Of a DNA stretch of 64,000 nucleotides, positions 42,933 to 61,261 are shown piece by piece; position 1 is the first letter of the stretch, and every line of letters begins with the position of its first letter. The stretch lies in NCBI RefSeq assembly GCF_009914755.1, contig NC_060925.1; one strand, 5' to 3'. The notes under the pieces are model-generated. The model saw only the letters and a program-made list of their open reading frames with translations, was not told the DNA's origin and searched no databases. The position numbers and the translations under genes were made by a program. Source of the stretch: the human T2T-CHM13v2.0 reference genome, Homo sapiens.

Positions 42933-43309
42933 TTATCTTTTCATGTGCTTATTGGCTGTTAATATATCTTGTTTGGATAAATGTCTATTCAAATCCTTTG
43001 TCACTCCCCACTTTTTTTTTTTTTTTTGAGACAGGGTCATATTCTGTCACCTAGGCTGGAGTGCAGTAGCACCATCACAGCTTACTGCAGCCTTGACCTC
43101 CTGGTCTCAAACAATCCTCCCCGTTCAGTTTCCTGAGTAGTGTAGCTGAGACCACAGGCATGTGCCACCATACCTGGCTTGCTTATTTATTTATTTGAGA
43201 TATTGTCTCGTTCTATGGCCCACACTGGACTGCAGTGGCATGATCATGGCTCACTGCAGCCTCTACCTCCTGGGCTTAAGTGATCCTTCTACCTCAGCTT
43301 CCTGAGTAG

Positions 43310-43579
<270 letters not shown>

Positions 43580-43658
43580 TGATCTACCTGCCTCAGCCTC
43601 CCAAAGTGCTGGGATTACAAGTGTGAGTCACCATGCCTGGCCCCAGCTAATCTTTTGA

Positions 43659-43931
<273 letters not shown>

Positions 43932-44670
43932 TAGACTTTATTTTTTTCTTTTGAGGTGGTGTCTTGCTCTGTCACCCAGACTGGAGTGCAATGGCGTGAT
44001 CTCCACCTCCCGGGTACAAGTGATTCTCCTGCCTCAGCCTCCAGAGCAGCTGGGATCATAGGCGCCCACCACCATGCCTGGCTAATTTTTTTTTGTATTT
44101 TTAGTAGAGATGGGGTTTCACCATGTTGGTCAGGCTGGTCTTGAACTCCTGACCTCAGGTGATCCACCCGCCTCAGCCTCTCAAAGTGCTAGGACTACAG
44201 GCGTGAGCCACCGCGCCTGGCGTTCCTTTTTTTGTGTGTGTGCTCGTAAATTAAAACAATTTCTTCTAATCCACTTGCTGTCATTTTAGTGGAATTTCAG
44301 GAGTGGAGATAAGCACATGTGAACAATCTTCATATTTAGCCAGAAATTTGTTCTTCCATTTATTTATTGATTGATTGAGATAGGGTCTTGCTCTGTCACC
44401 CAGCCTGGGGTGCAGTGGCACAATCTTGGCTCACGGCAACCTCCACCTCCTGGGCTCAACGGTTCTCCCACCTCAACCTCCGGAGTAGGTGAAACTACAG
44501 GCACACGGAACCACACCCGATTAATTTTGCATTTTTAGTAAAGACAGGGTTTCACCATGTTGGCCAGGCTGATCTTGAATTCCTGGACTCAAGCGATCCA
44601 CTTGCCCAGGCTCCCAAAATGCTGGGATTACAGGCATGAGCCACTGCATCTGGGCTGTTCTTCCTTTTAA

Positions 44671-45034
<364 letters not shown>

Positions 45035-45421
45035 TGATCCGCCCACCTTGGCCTCCCAAAGTGCTGGGATTACAGGCGTGAACCACTGTGCCCGGCCAAC
45101 AATTCTTATTTTCATTAGGCAGATTCCTGATCCAGGTTGTCTGAGAGGGCTTTCTGGAGGAGGGAAATTTGATCTGATCCATAAGATGTCTAGGATTTTA
45201 GTGGAAGTAAGGAGGTGAAGAGGGGAGAGGAGGAGAAAAAAGATTTAGGGAGGGGAGAGTTAGGAAGAGGAAGGGCTCTGGAGCTGGCCCCAGAAGAATT
45301 AACCAGGTGTAAAATCTGGTTTCTTATCCTATATCTGTGGCTCTGTTACCTTGGCTTGGGTTTCACTGCAAAGCTGTGCTTTCCTTAGAACCCTAAGGAA
45401 TGTGGCCTTGCTTTAAGTTCA

Positions 45422-45845
<424 letters not shown>

Positions 45846-45927
45846 CTACTCTGAAGCAGTGTTACGGTGAGCAGGCTTGTACTGACCCTTAGTTTTCTCA
45901 TCTCTAGAGAGGTTTTTTCCTATCTAG

Positions 45928-46257
<330 letters not shown>

Positions 46258-46909
46258 TGATCTGCCCACCTCGGCCTCCCAAAGTGCTGGAATTACAGTT
46301 GTGAGCTGCCGCACCTGGCCTGGACATTTAAGGTAAACAATCTGGGTAAGGTCCCAATCAAGGCCCTCAAAGCCTGGCTAAGGAACTTGTACTAAAGCTG
46401 AAAGCATTGGAGAATCATAGGAGGCTTGTGAACGGAAGAGTGACAGATATATCTGTGCTTTGGAAAGATCACTTCTGGGAGAAAAGAGTCCTGGTGTAAT
46501 GCAGGATGCAGCATCCTGAGCCCCAGATCTGCATCTAACAGACTCCATGGTTTCATCTTTGCCCAACACATGAATGGCCTCCATCAGTGTTTCCCCAGTG
46601 GGCTATGAATTGTGTGAGAGCTTGATTCCTAACACAAACTGAATCTTCCAGTTTACCTTCTCAGAGATAGAGCTAATTAATTGCAGGGGTCAGGGTCAGG
46701 CGGGGTATTCCCCAAACCTGAAGGGCTAATATAGCCAGCCTGAGCTGCCACACAGAGGATGAGATGGGATTTCTGAGCAGCTCTGGAGATTGTGATAATG
46801 ACTAAAGCCCAAGGAGGCCCTCCTGGCACTCCCCCTCACGGGGACATAATACTAAGTGACTTGTGCTTGAGGGCAATTGTGAGACTGTTATGTACCCTTT
46901 TTAAGGTAC

Positions 46910-46993
46910 TTTTTTTTTTTTTTGAAGTGAAAGCAAGTTTATCAAGAAGGCAAAGAAATAAAAGAATGGCTATTCCATAGGCAGAGCAGCCCC
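46910..46993 (-). mobile_element. Short polyadenylated retrocopy of a MER41-type LTR segment
   Basis: Minus strand reads GGGGCTGCTCTGCCTATGGAATAGCCATTCTTTTATTTCTTTGCCTTCTTGATAAACTTGCTTTCACTTC-A14; flanked by TTAAGGTACTT and TTAAGGTCTT. Confidence 0.7.
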
Positions 46994-47107
46994 TTAAGGT
47001 CTTAAGGAGGATTGATGACAAACTTCCTCCGCACCCTTCTTAAGGTGCTGAGCTCTGGGCACAGGTGGAGCAAGATAATCACCTGGAAATAACAATTCTG
47101 TCCACTA

Positions 47108-47180
47108 GAGGGAAACCCAGTCTAGAGAGATGGGGAGGGAAACCCAGGCTAGAGAGATGGGGAGGGAAACCCAGGCTAGA
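47108..47180. repeat. 27-bp minisatellite, 2.7 copies
   Basis: GAGGGAAACCCAG(T/G)CTAGAGAGATGGG units start at 47108, 47135 and 47162. Confidence 0.9.
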
Positions 47181-47257
47181 TGCGTGGGAGCCCTGAGGCT
47201 GGAGGAAACAGAAGGAGCTGACGGCCCCAGGAGCCAGTGGACCCAGTGATCTAGGTT

Positions 47258-48900
<1,643 letters not shown>

Positions 48901-49639
48901 CCCCACCTCCTGCCGCCCACCTTCCAGTTTGTTAAACATTTGCCAGGCTATCGCTGCTTAGGCATCCCCACATCAGGTGTTATGGGGAGGACATGGAATT
49001 TTCCAGAGGTCTTGCTGACACAGACACACTCAGAGATATCCCTGTGGAGGGAGCACCCCATTTCAGCTGGTAGAAGTTGTTGGGGGCATCATGGGAGCAT
49101 TGTTGTGTTGTTGCAGGAACGTGACCTGGAAGTTCCCACCCTGACTCCAGCTTTGCGCAACTGTTCCATCCACCGGAAATTGGTCTATACTTAAGTGCTC
49201 AGGCATCCCTTTCTGTCTGCCTAGCAACGAAGTAAGGTTGGTGATCATCCAGTGCTAGAACGATCATCCCCCATCAGAAAGGAAGCTTTATGAAGGGCAG
49301 GGAAGCCCCCACCTCGGTTCATATCCTCAGGCCTGGCTCAAGTCCCTGGGCCTAAGTATTGGAGCCGCCACACAGAAAACCCAGGAACAAGCAAGACACT
49401 GGAGTTAGGCACATCTAGGCTGCGCCACCCCTAACTGTGTGACCTGAGAAAGGCACCTAAACCAAACTGGTCTTGTCTCCTAACCTGTCAAATAGGGAGA
49501 TTCCTGCTTATCATGCCTGACCGTGGTGAAGATTAAATAGGATCATCCATGCAAAACTCTCAGCTGGGCGTTTCCATCACCTAGAAGGTGTTCCATGATG
49601 TCAAAGCTATTATTGTTTTCATACTTGGGATGGGGAGTG

Positions 49640-50230
49640 CCGAATTCAAATCGGTTCTGAGTGCGGGTCTACTCTGACACCCTGTGTGTCAGAAGGAGGG
49701 GCGGGACTAGGAGGCAACAAATCCATTACAGCACAGTTGGCAGATGTGTCCAGTCACACAGCCGGGAAGTGGACCAGGGACTGGACAGCAGCCCTCCGCC
49801 CAGGACTCGGCCAGATGTTCCAAGCCTAGCAAGGGGCGCTTCTACCCCCACCCATCCTCCCCGACAACCTAGGCCTGTGGCTTGGAGGAGGCAGAGGTGG
49901 GGGTCGGCAGCCGGACGTCGCAGGCCCCAGGCTGCGCGCAGGAAGCGGCTCCAAGGTTGTCCTAGAGCCTCAAAGCGGCGGAAGGGAGGGAGCAGCCGGC
50001 ACCTGCATTGTGCGAGCCCCGCTCCCCGCTGAGCTTCTGTGACCTCTGGCTCGCGCTCTTGGCATCCGCTGCTGGGGCAGGGCCCGCGGCTTTCAGACAG
50101 GTATTAACCGGGCAGAGGATACTAGATCTGCGCTGGCTTTCATTCATTCACGCATCCACTCATTCGTGCATCCATCAGTTATCGAGCTGCGGCAGGAGTT
50201 AGTGCACAAAAACATAGTCCATGATCGCAG
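49640..50230. promoter_or_regulatory. Orphan CpG-rich element ~20 kb upstream of MYCL (candidate enhancer or lncRNA promoter)
   Basis: Non-repeat GC/CpG-rich stretch with GGGGCGGG, ETS-like GGAAGTG and CAGGAAGCGG, and a CACCTG E-box. Confidence 0.55.
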
Positions 50231-50304
50231 GGACCATACTCCTGCTAAATCATGGAGGTTTGGGGAGTTCCTTCAGACTCTCAGTAAACTTATTCGTGGA
50301 GGTC

Positions 50305-50356
<52 letters not shown>

Positions 50357-50728
50357 AGACTGAGTCTTACTCTGTCGCCCAGGCTGGAGTGCAGTGCCGT
50401 GATTTCATTTCACTGCAACCTCTACCGCCCAGGTTCAAGCGATTCTTGTGCCTCAGCCTTCGGAGTAGCCTAGCTAATTTTTGTATTTTTAGTAGAGATG
50501 GGGTTTCGCTATGTTGGCCAGGCTGGTCTCAAACTCCTGACCTCAGATGATCCGCTCGCCTCAGCCTCCCAAAGTGCTGGAGTTGGTTACAGGCATGAGC
50601 CACTGCGCCTGGACTGATTGTCAACATTTAAAAGTTATGAAATTTCATTTAAAACTCAGATTTTGGCTTCTTTTGAAGGGATTGAAGATCTGAGATGCTT
50701 GTGTTATATAAGTTGCTGATGAGTGTCA

Positions 50729-51088
<360 letters not shown>

Positions 51089-51277
51089 TTAAATATTATT
51101 TGTAGCCTCTTGCAAAGTGGTGTTAGTTGTACAATAAAAAACTCTTAGACAATTTCCCTGTTACAAGGGTCTGAAAAGCAAGTTTATTTTGAAAGGCGGA
51201 CATTTTATTTAGTTGTGATTTTTTTAAATTTAATTTTATTTTTGAGACAGGGTCTCATTCATTAATTTTATTTTTGA

Positions 51278-51484
<207 letters not shown>

Positions 51485-54400
51485 TGATCTGCCCTCCTCG
51501 GCCTCTCAAAGTGTTGTGATTACATGTGTGAGCCACCCAGCCCAGCCTTATTTAGTTATGATTCTTGATTGCCTGATTTTTAAAATGTTGCTTTCTGGAA
51601 ATAATCTCCTTCTCCTTCTCCTTCTTAACAAGGTCTTGCTCTGTTGCCCAGGCTGGAGTGCAGCTGTGCCATCATAGCTCACTACAGCCTCAAACTCCCT
51701 GGCTAACTGATCATCCCACCTCAACCTCCTGAACAGCTGGAACTACGGGGATCTACTACGTTACCCAGGCTGGTCTTGAACTTCTGGGCTCAAGCAATCT
51801 TCCCACCTCAGCCTCTCAAATTGCTGGGATTACAGGCGTGAGCCACCACACCTGGCTCTGAGACATCTAATGAAAGATTTCTCAAACATGTCAGAATGAG
51901 CTGGTTATGCCATCTGAGTCCCCTGAACCAAGGAAAAGATTTGTAGGCCTTTAGGTTTGCATAACTGGAGGTTAGAGGGCAGAAGTTAGTAACTGGGTGG
52001 AAGAAGTGTTTATCTCACCTGAAAGTAGAGTGGAGATGGAGAGAAGGGGCAGACAGGGGACAGGTATTTAGAAGGAAGAACTGATAGGATGTGGGGTCTG
52101 GAGGAGAGAGAGGAGACAAGGTTGACTCTTGGGTTTCTGGCGTGGGAGAATGGGTGGAAGGAGGAGCCATTCACTGAACTGAGGATCCAGAGGAGGAGAA
52201 TGGGCTTGCTTTTAGCTATGTGGGGTCTGCAAGTCTGGGTCAGCAATGAGGAGATCAGTGGAATATTGGGGCTCTGGTGCTCAGGAGAGGAAGCTGGGCT
52301 TAAGATTCACCATTGGTAAGACAGAGGCTCTGGGGAGTGGTAAAATCACCCTCACTGAGCTGTCTGCAAAGAGCCAGAGGCCTAGGATGCACAGTGAGGA
52401 TCCATTTGTATTTAAGGGATTAAAGATGTGTGGCCAGGTGCGGTGCCTCAGGGCTGTAATCTCAGCACTTTGGGAGGCTGAGGTGGGTGGATCACCTGCA
52501 GTCAGGAGTTCAACACCAGCCTGGCCAACATGGTGAAACTCCAGCCTAGGCAATGAGAGCGAAACTCTGTCTCAAAAAAAAAAGAGGTTATGGGGTCTGG
52601 GCACAGTGGCTCATGCCTGTAATTGCAACACTTTGGGAGCCAAGGTGGGTGGATGGCTTGAGTCCAGGAGTTCAAGACCAGCCTGGGCAACATGGTGAAA
52701 TTCTGTCTCTACAAAAAATACAAACTAAATTAGCTGGGAGTGCTGGCACACGCCTGTAGTCCCAGCTACTCAGGAGGCTGAGGTGGGAAGATCACCTGAG
52801 CCCAGGCGGATCACCTGAGCTGAGGCTGCAGTGAGCTGTGATGGTACCACTGCACTCCAGCTTAGGTCACAGTGAGGCCCTGTCTCCAAAAAAAAAAAAA
52901 AAGTTTTTAAGGAATTGGAAGAAAGTTAAAGGAAGAGGAGAGGAGCCCAAAAGACTGCAGGTCCAGCTGCCCCACAGGTGGCCTTAGCCTCCATCCTGCT
53001 GGGCTGGACCTATTCCCAAAACCTTACTACAGAGGCAGACTGAGGAACAGTTGGGAAGGAGGGATTCTGACCAGAGCCTGCTGTCATCAGATAAAGTGTG
53101 AGGTGGGACAAGATTCTAGGCAAGTTCAGGATACCTAAGTGCCCTTCAGCAGCTCCCTCCTGCTCTCCAGGGCCACTTAGTGGGCCTCTGGGACACTGCT
53201 GAGAAGGGAAGCTGAGAAGAAGGCCCCAACTGGGCCCCACTGGTTAGAGAGTGAGCAAACAGGACACCCAGGACATTCTTCTCAGCTGTGGGGAAGTTGG
53301 GAGGCCAGATGTACCCAGGGCTGCCATACTAGCTCCTCAGACTGCCCCCAGTGAGACATCAGGCTGGCTGCAGGCCAGGGTAGTGAGCTCCACTCCTTGT
53401 GGCCATGACGCATGGAGATCATCATTGACAGAAGCCAGCATCTTGCTTGGGAGCTGGAGATCTGGGCTGAGTAGGGCTGCACATGCAGCATGCATTGACT
53501 TTCACTATATGCCAGACACTCTCATACATGTTCTGTCTAATCCTCATGAAAAACCTAGGAAGCTAATACAATTTCCCCCATTCTACAGAAGAGAAAACTG
53601 AGGCTCAGAGAGCACAAGTCCCAAGCCAAGGATTCACAGCTGGTGACAGGCATAGTTGGGAGGACAAGCCTGGAGTTCAGGCTCTGTGTCTCTGGTTTTC
53701 CCTGGGGTGGCCCCACTTCTGCAACGGCCTCTTGCCTCCCTGACACCTGGATGTCTTTCTAGCCTTCACCCTCTCTCACACTCATCCTCCAAATCATCAC
53801 CAAGTCCTGTCAGCCCTCCCCTTCTACAGATCTTGCGTCTGTCCCCTTCCCTCTACCCCTGGCTCACTCGCCCAGCTTGTGCTTCATGGTCTCCTGCCCT
53901 GGCTATGACGTCAGCTTCCTCCTTGGTCTCCCTGCCTGCCAGTTCTCCCACCTCCACCCTGCCCCATCTCTCCTCCACATCAGCAGCCAGAGGGCCCTTC
54001 TAAAACACAAGTCTGACCTTCTTAGTGCCTGCTAATGATATCCCATTGTTCTCTGGCTAAAGTTCAACTCCCCGCACAGGTCACCAGGTTCTGTGGGCTC
54101 TTGTCACCGACCTCAGCAGCCTCATGCTGACTGCTCTGCTGGCCTGCTGTGCACTCTCACCAAACAGAATGCTGACTCTCCCTCCTGGGAACAGGCCCTG
54201 GGCTGGGCCTTCTTGCCTCTGGGCCTTCGTTCCCATCACCGACCCTGCCCACCACAGTCTCTCTCACCCATCTCTGATGACTGAAGTTCTGGCCACCCTT
54301 CAAAGCCCAGCTTCATGGAGTGCCTTTTGGCCAGAGCTAGGTGTGCCTTGGATTAAAGTTCTTTGCGTTCCTCTCTCTCTCCCCTACTGAGCAGTTTGAG

Positions 54401-55544
54401 CTCCTGTGTGTCCCTTCTTCTGTGCCCGGCGTGGTACCTGATATGCTGAGGAGTTCTGAGAGTGTGTGGAGGGGGCACCTGAGCCTCTGTCTCCCGTCCC
54501 CTTCATCTCTGGCTCCTTGCCCTAATCTGGATCTGTTCCAGCAGCAGCAGCAGTTCCAGGTTTGGCTCCTGGCTCAGCATCAACTTCGATTCTAGCTCTG
54601 ACCTGCCTCAAGCTGTAGTTCCAGCCCCTAGCCTGGCACCAGCTTTGGCTCAATATCCAGGACTAATGTGGGCTTAGCCTATGGCATTGGGACCAAACTT
54701 ATAACCCATCTGTTTGCCTCTCTCCTGAGCCCAGTGCCTGGGCTCAAGTTTCCTGCCTCAGTGCTCCCCACTTAGGGGGAGGCAAGGAGGCAGAGGCCCA
54801 GAACAGAGCCCCATCCAGCCAGGGATCCTTACCCCTGCCCTGGGGTCGCCTGGCTGCAGCATCCCAGCCCAACTCTAGGGTGCTGGCCAGTGCTGTAGGA
54901 ACAGGTAGTCCCTGGTCCAAAGTAAGACCTTACCATTTACAGTCTGTGAGGCTTTGAGCACTTCCTTGGACTCCAATTCTCTTGTTTATAAAATGGGATA
55001 ATATTTGGTATGAGAATGACAGGAGACAATGCTGTGGAGCTCTGGGTACAGTGCTTGGCACAGAGTAGATGTCAATAACCGTGAGGGCCTTTCCTCTTTA
55101 CTGTTTTCCCGGCCCGTTGGGTCAGCTCCTGTGGGTTCCCTGTACATTCCCCAGTGCCTGTTGCATAAGGGCTTTTCCTGCCACTGTGACATTGGTAGGC
55201 CTGGCCCAGCCTTGATTCCAGGCTGCTGGCTGTGACTGTTGTCCCTAGGGCATCTTGGGCAGGGCTGAGGCATCACACTGGATCTCCTGCCCAGAACTCC
55301 ATGTCCTCAATGTCAGGGGCAAAGATAGGTCCATGAGGTAGTGGGGGAAAGGTTGGTCTCCCTTCTTTGCTGTGGGCTGAGGATATGTATTTGAGTTGGG
55401 GAGGTAGGAGTGCTTCCTTCTCCCCTCTAACTGCACAGCTGAGTCTCTGCCCCATCAAAGCTCTGAAGACAAGGGTTCCTATGAATATGAGAACTTGGAG
55501 ATCCTTGCCCCCCAAACATAGGAACCAATATTGATGGGGGTCTG

Positions 55545-55825
55545 GGTGTAATGTTAGGTGAGTGTTTGGGTATGGATGTATGTGTGGGATGTGTACATAT
55601 GGTATGGTGTGTCATGAGTGGAAGCATGTTAGACTATCATGTGTGTAGTGTGTAGATGTCTGTATGTAATGTGGGTGTCAGGGTGGGTGTCTCTATGTGT
55701 GATGTGGGTAGTGATGTGGGTACATGTATCTACATGTAGCATATGTGTAGTGTGTGTGACTTTTGTGTGTGAATAACTGTATAACTGTATATCTGGAGAT
55801 AGATGAGGACCTGGGTATGTGGTAT
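55545..55825. repeat. Degenerate TG-rich low-complexity tract
   Basis: Directly visible; interrupted by MER1B. Confidence 0.75.
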
Positions 55826-55829
55826 AAGC

Positions 55830-56172
55830 CGGGGGTCCTCAACCCCTGGCCTGCAGACTGGTACCGGTCTGTGGTCTGTTAGGAACCAGGCTGCACAGCA
55901 GAAGGTGAGTGGTGGGTGAGCGAGCATTACCACCCGAGCTCTGCCTCCTGTCAGAGCAGTGGCTGCGTTAGATTCTCATAGGATCGCGACCCCTATTGTG
56001 AACTGCACTTGCAAGGGATCTAGGCTGCACGGTCCTTATGAGAATCGAACTAATGCTTGATGATCTGAGGTGGAACAGTTTCATCCTGAAACCATCCTCC
56101 CGCACCCCAGTCTGTGGAAAAATTGTTTTCCATGACACCAGTCCCTGGTGCCAATAAGGTTGGGGACCACTT
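55830..56172. mobile_element. MER1B (hAT-Charlie) DNA transposon
   Basis: Terminal inverted repeats GGGGTCCTCAACC / GGTTGGGGACC; internal GTTAGGAACCAGGCTGCACAGCAG and TTAGATTCTCATAGG; ~340 bp. Confidence 0.88.
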
Positions 56173-57670
56173 GTGTCAACAATATGTTTGGTGTGTCTGC
56201 ATGTGATGTGCATCTTTGGGAGAGGGGACAGGAGCCACTGGGAGCTGGAGGGCTTTGCCAGTTGGTGGACAGGTGCTAGAACATTTGAGATTCCCTGCTG
56301 AACTCTCTGAGGTGACGTGGGCCAGGGTCATTGTCCACTTGCTGCAGGAGCAGAGAAGGGCAGTGGAAGCAGAGCCACGGGGGTTGAGTTCATTCCTCCA
56401 GAATGCCAGGCACCCTGTGCCCAGCCAGCTGCCTTGCCCTGATGTCTGCAAACACATCAGGGAAATAAACACAACCTTTGGAAGTCCTGGTGATGTGTCT
56501 GGGGAGGAGCTCCAGCTGGCAGTCCATACGGGCTCTATTCCCTTCCCCACTGCCCTGCCATTGACCAGTGGCTGAGGCTGGTGGGGCCAATGGCCTTAAT
56601 GCCACTAGCCAGTCCTAGACTCTTATCTCAGCACTTTAGCTAAGCTCCAGAGCTTCCAGGACCTCCTTGCTAAGGGGAGTTGTCCTAATTGCAAATCAGC
56701 GTTTCTTGGACCTTTAGGCCTGTGAGGGAGGAGAGTTTAGGGACTTCTAGGGCCAAGCCATACCCAAGCTGCCTCCTCTACTGAAGAATCTAATTTTAGC
56801 CCAGGCTGGCCCCCCAGTGCTCCACCTCTAGGTGTGCCTCTTTCCTCAGAATGGGCCATGCTTCCCCTCTCAGAATGACTGCTTAAATGAGGTGATCTTG
56901 TTGGTGTGTCGTACTACACTCCAATATGTACTTCATGCTGGAGACACCCAGAATCACTTGCATTTCCAAAAACGCACTCTGTAGCCTACTGCCAAAAACA
57001 TTCTACTCTGCCTGGCTAACTTTGATTCATCTCTCAAAATTCAGGTTCAGCGTCAGCTCGTCCGAATGCTTTCTGAAGCTAAAACTACTAGTTTCCCCCT
57101 AATATCCATATCATCTTGCTTGTCCTTAGTCATAAAAGGCTGATTTTTAGCTACACACATGGTTGGCCTGCAGTAAAAACCGTGTTTTCTGGAATTCCTG
57201 GAGCTAGGTGTAACTAAGTGCTAGCCAACAGATTGTATGCAAAGTGTTTTGTGCAACTTCCAGGAACTGTTTTTAATTAATTAATTTATCTTTTCTTTTC
57301 TTATTCTTTCTTTCTTCTTCTTCTTTTTTTTTTTTTCGAGATGGGGGTCTTGCCATGTTGCCTAGGCTGGTCTTGAACTCCTGGGCTCAGGCAATCCTCC
57401 CACCCCAGCCTCCCAAAGTGCTGGGATTACAGGCGTGAGCCACCGCAACCAGACTTTTCTTTGTTTTAGAGTCAGGGTCTTACTATTTTGCCCAGGCTGG
57501 ACTTGAACTCCTGGGCACAAGTGATCCTCCCACCTCAGCCTTCCAAGTAACTGGGACTACTGTCACATGCTACTGCACACAAGAAGCTGTTTTGTTGTTT
57601 TTCTTTCTTCTTCTTCTTCTTCTTTTTTTTTTTTCCGAGGCAGTTTCTCACTCTGTTGCCCAGGCTGTAG

Positions 57671-57790
<120 letters not shown>

Positions 57791-57892
57791 TGAATTTTTG
57801 CAGAGATGGGGTTTCACCATGTTGCCCAGGCTGGTCTCAAACACCTGGGCTCAAGAATCCTCCCACCTTGGCCTCCCAAAATGCTGGGATTA

Positions 57893-58057
<165 letters not shown>

Positions 58058-58730
58058 CTACTAAAAACACACAAAAAAATTAGCCGGGCGTGGTGGTGGG
58101 CACCTGTAATCCCAGCTACTCAGGAGGCTGAGGCAGGAGAATCATTTGAACCTGGGAAGTGGGGTTGCAGTGAGCCAAAATCATGCCATTGCACTCCAGT
58201 CTGGGCGACAAGAGTGAAACTCCGTCTCAAAAAAAAAAAAAAAAGTTCCAGGACCGGGCCATTTTTCACCCCTTCCTCCTTTGGGCTGGCTGGAATGCAG
58301 ATGTGATTACTAGAGCTTGAGCAACCATATTGGACAATGAGGTAGAAACATCGTGTTAAGGACGGCAGAGAATGGTAGAGCAAAACAACATAAAATATGG
58401 GGCTCTAATGATCATGGATTCACCATACTAGCACTGTACTAGTTATTTCCAGACTTCTAATTGGTGGTAATGACTGTGATTGGGGTTTTCTGTCACCCAC
58501 AGCCAGGCGCAAGCCTGATACATTTCCTTTGGACCAGCTGTCTCTTCTCTTGTCCCATCAGCTCTCTCTGCCAACACACTTTATTCTAATTTCTTTATTT
58601 TTTTCTGTTTTTTTTTTTCTTGACATGGAGTCTTGCTCTGTTGCCCAGGCTGCAGTGCAGTGGTGCAATCTCAGCTCACTGCAAACTCTGCCTCCTGGGT
58701 TCAAGTGATTCTTCTGCCTCAGCCTCCTGA

Positions 58731-59076
<346 letters not shown>

Positions 59077-59862
59077 TAACTAATTTTTCTATTTTTTTTT
59101 AAAGACAGAGTTTCACCATGTTGCCCAGGCTGGTCTCGAACTTGTGGGCTCGAGTGATCTGCCTGCCTCGGCCTCCCAAAGTGCTGTGATTACAGTGTGA
59201 GCCACTGTGCCCAGCCTCATTCTAATTTCTTGGTTATATCTGCTCACTGGATTGGGAGCTCACGAGGGCAGTGTCCATGTCAGTGTCTAACAAGCCAAAA
59301 AAATGTCAGTTGTATGAACAAATGTGTGAAATACACATTCAGGTATCCAGATTTGGGCAGAGTTATAGATTTGGGAGTTATTGGTATAAATATGGTCACT
59401 GAGGTGGTGGGAGAGGATGCGGTAAAGAGAAAAGATAACTAAAGGAAGAGGTCCTCAGAGCTTTATGATTTAAGGTCACGTTGAGGAGATAAAGCCCTAG
59501 GATATGGCCGAGAAAGAGACAGAGAGCTGACAAGGACCAGGCAAAGGGCTGCAGAGCAGGCAAGCTCAGAGATCATATGCCTTCCTCCAGCAGCTCACAG
59601 TAGACTGGGAGAGGAATCACTTGGGCCTAACCCAGGATGAGGGCAAGGGAAGGTATAGCAAGAGAAATGCCAGCCCTGTGGGAGGAAAAACAAAGTACAA
59701 CTAGGACAGGCTTCTAGGTGAGGAGAAGATGGAAGGGTGGCAGGATGGATGGTCCTGATGGTGTTAAAAAACAGGTGGCTGGGTTGGGCGTGGTGGCTCA
59801 CGCCTGTAATCCCAGCACTTTGGGAGGCCAAGGCAGGTGGATCACCCATGGTCAGGAGTTCA

Positions 59863-60066
<204 letters not shown>

Positions 60067-60069
60067 TCA

Positions 60070-61261
<1,192 letters not shown>

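Noticed and set aside
54538-54554. (CAG)5 tract suggesting a polyQ exon
   Set aside because: Too short, with no supporting ORF or splice context.
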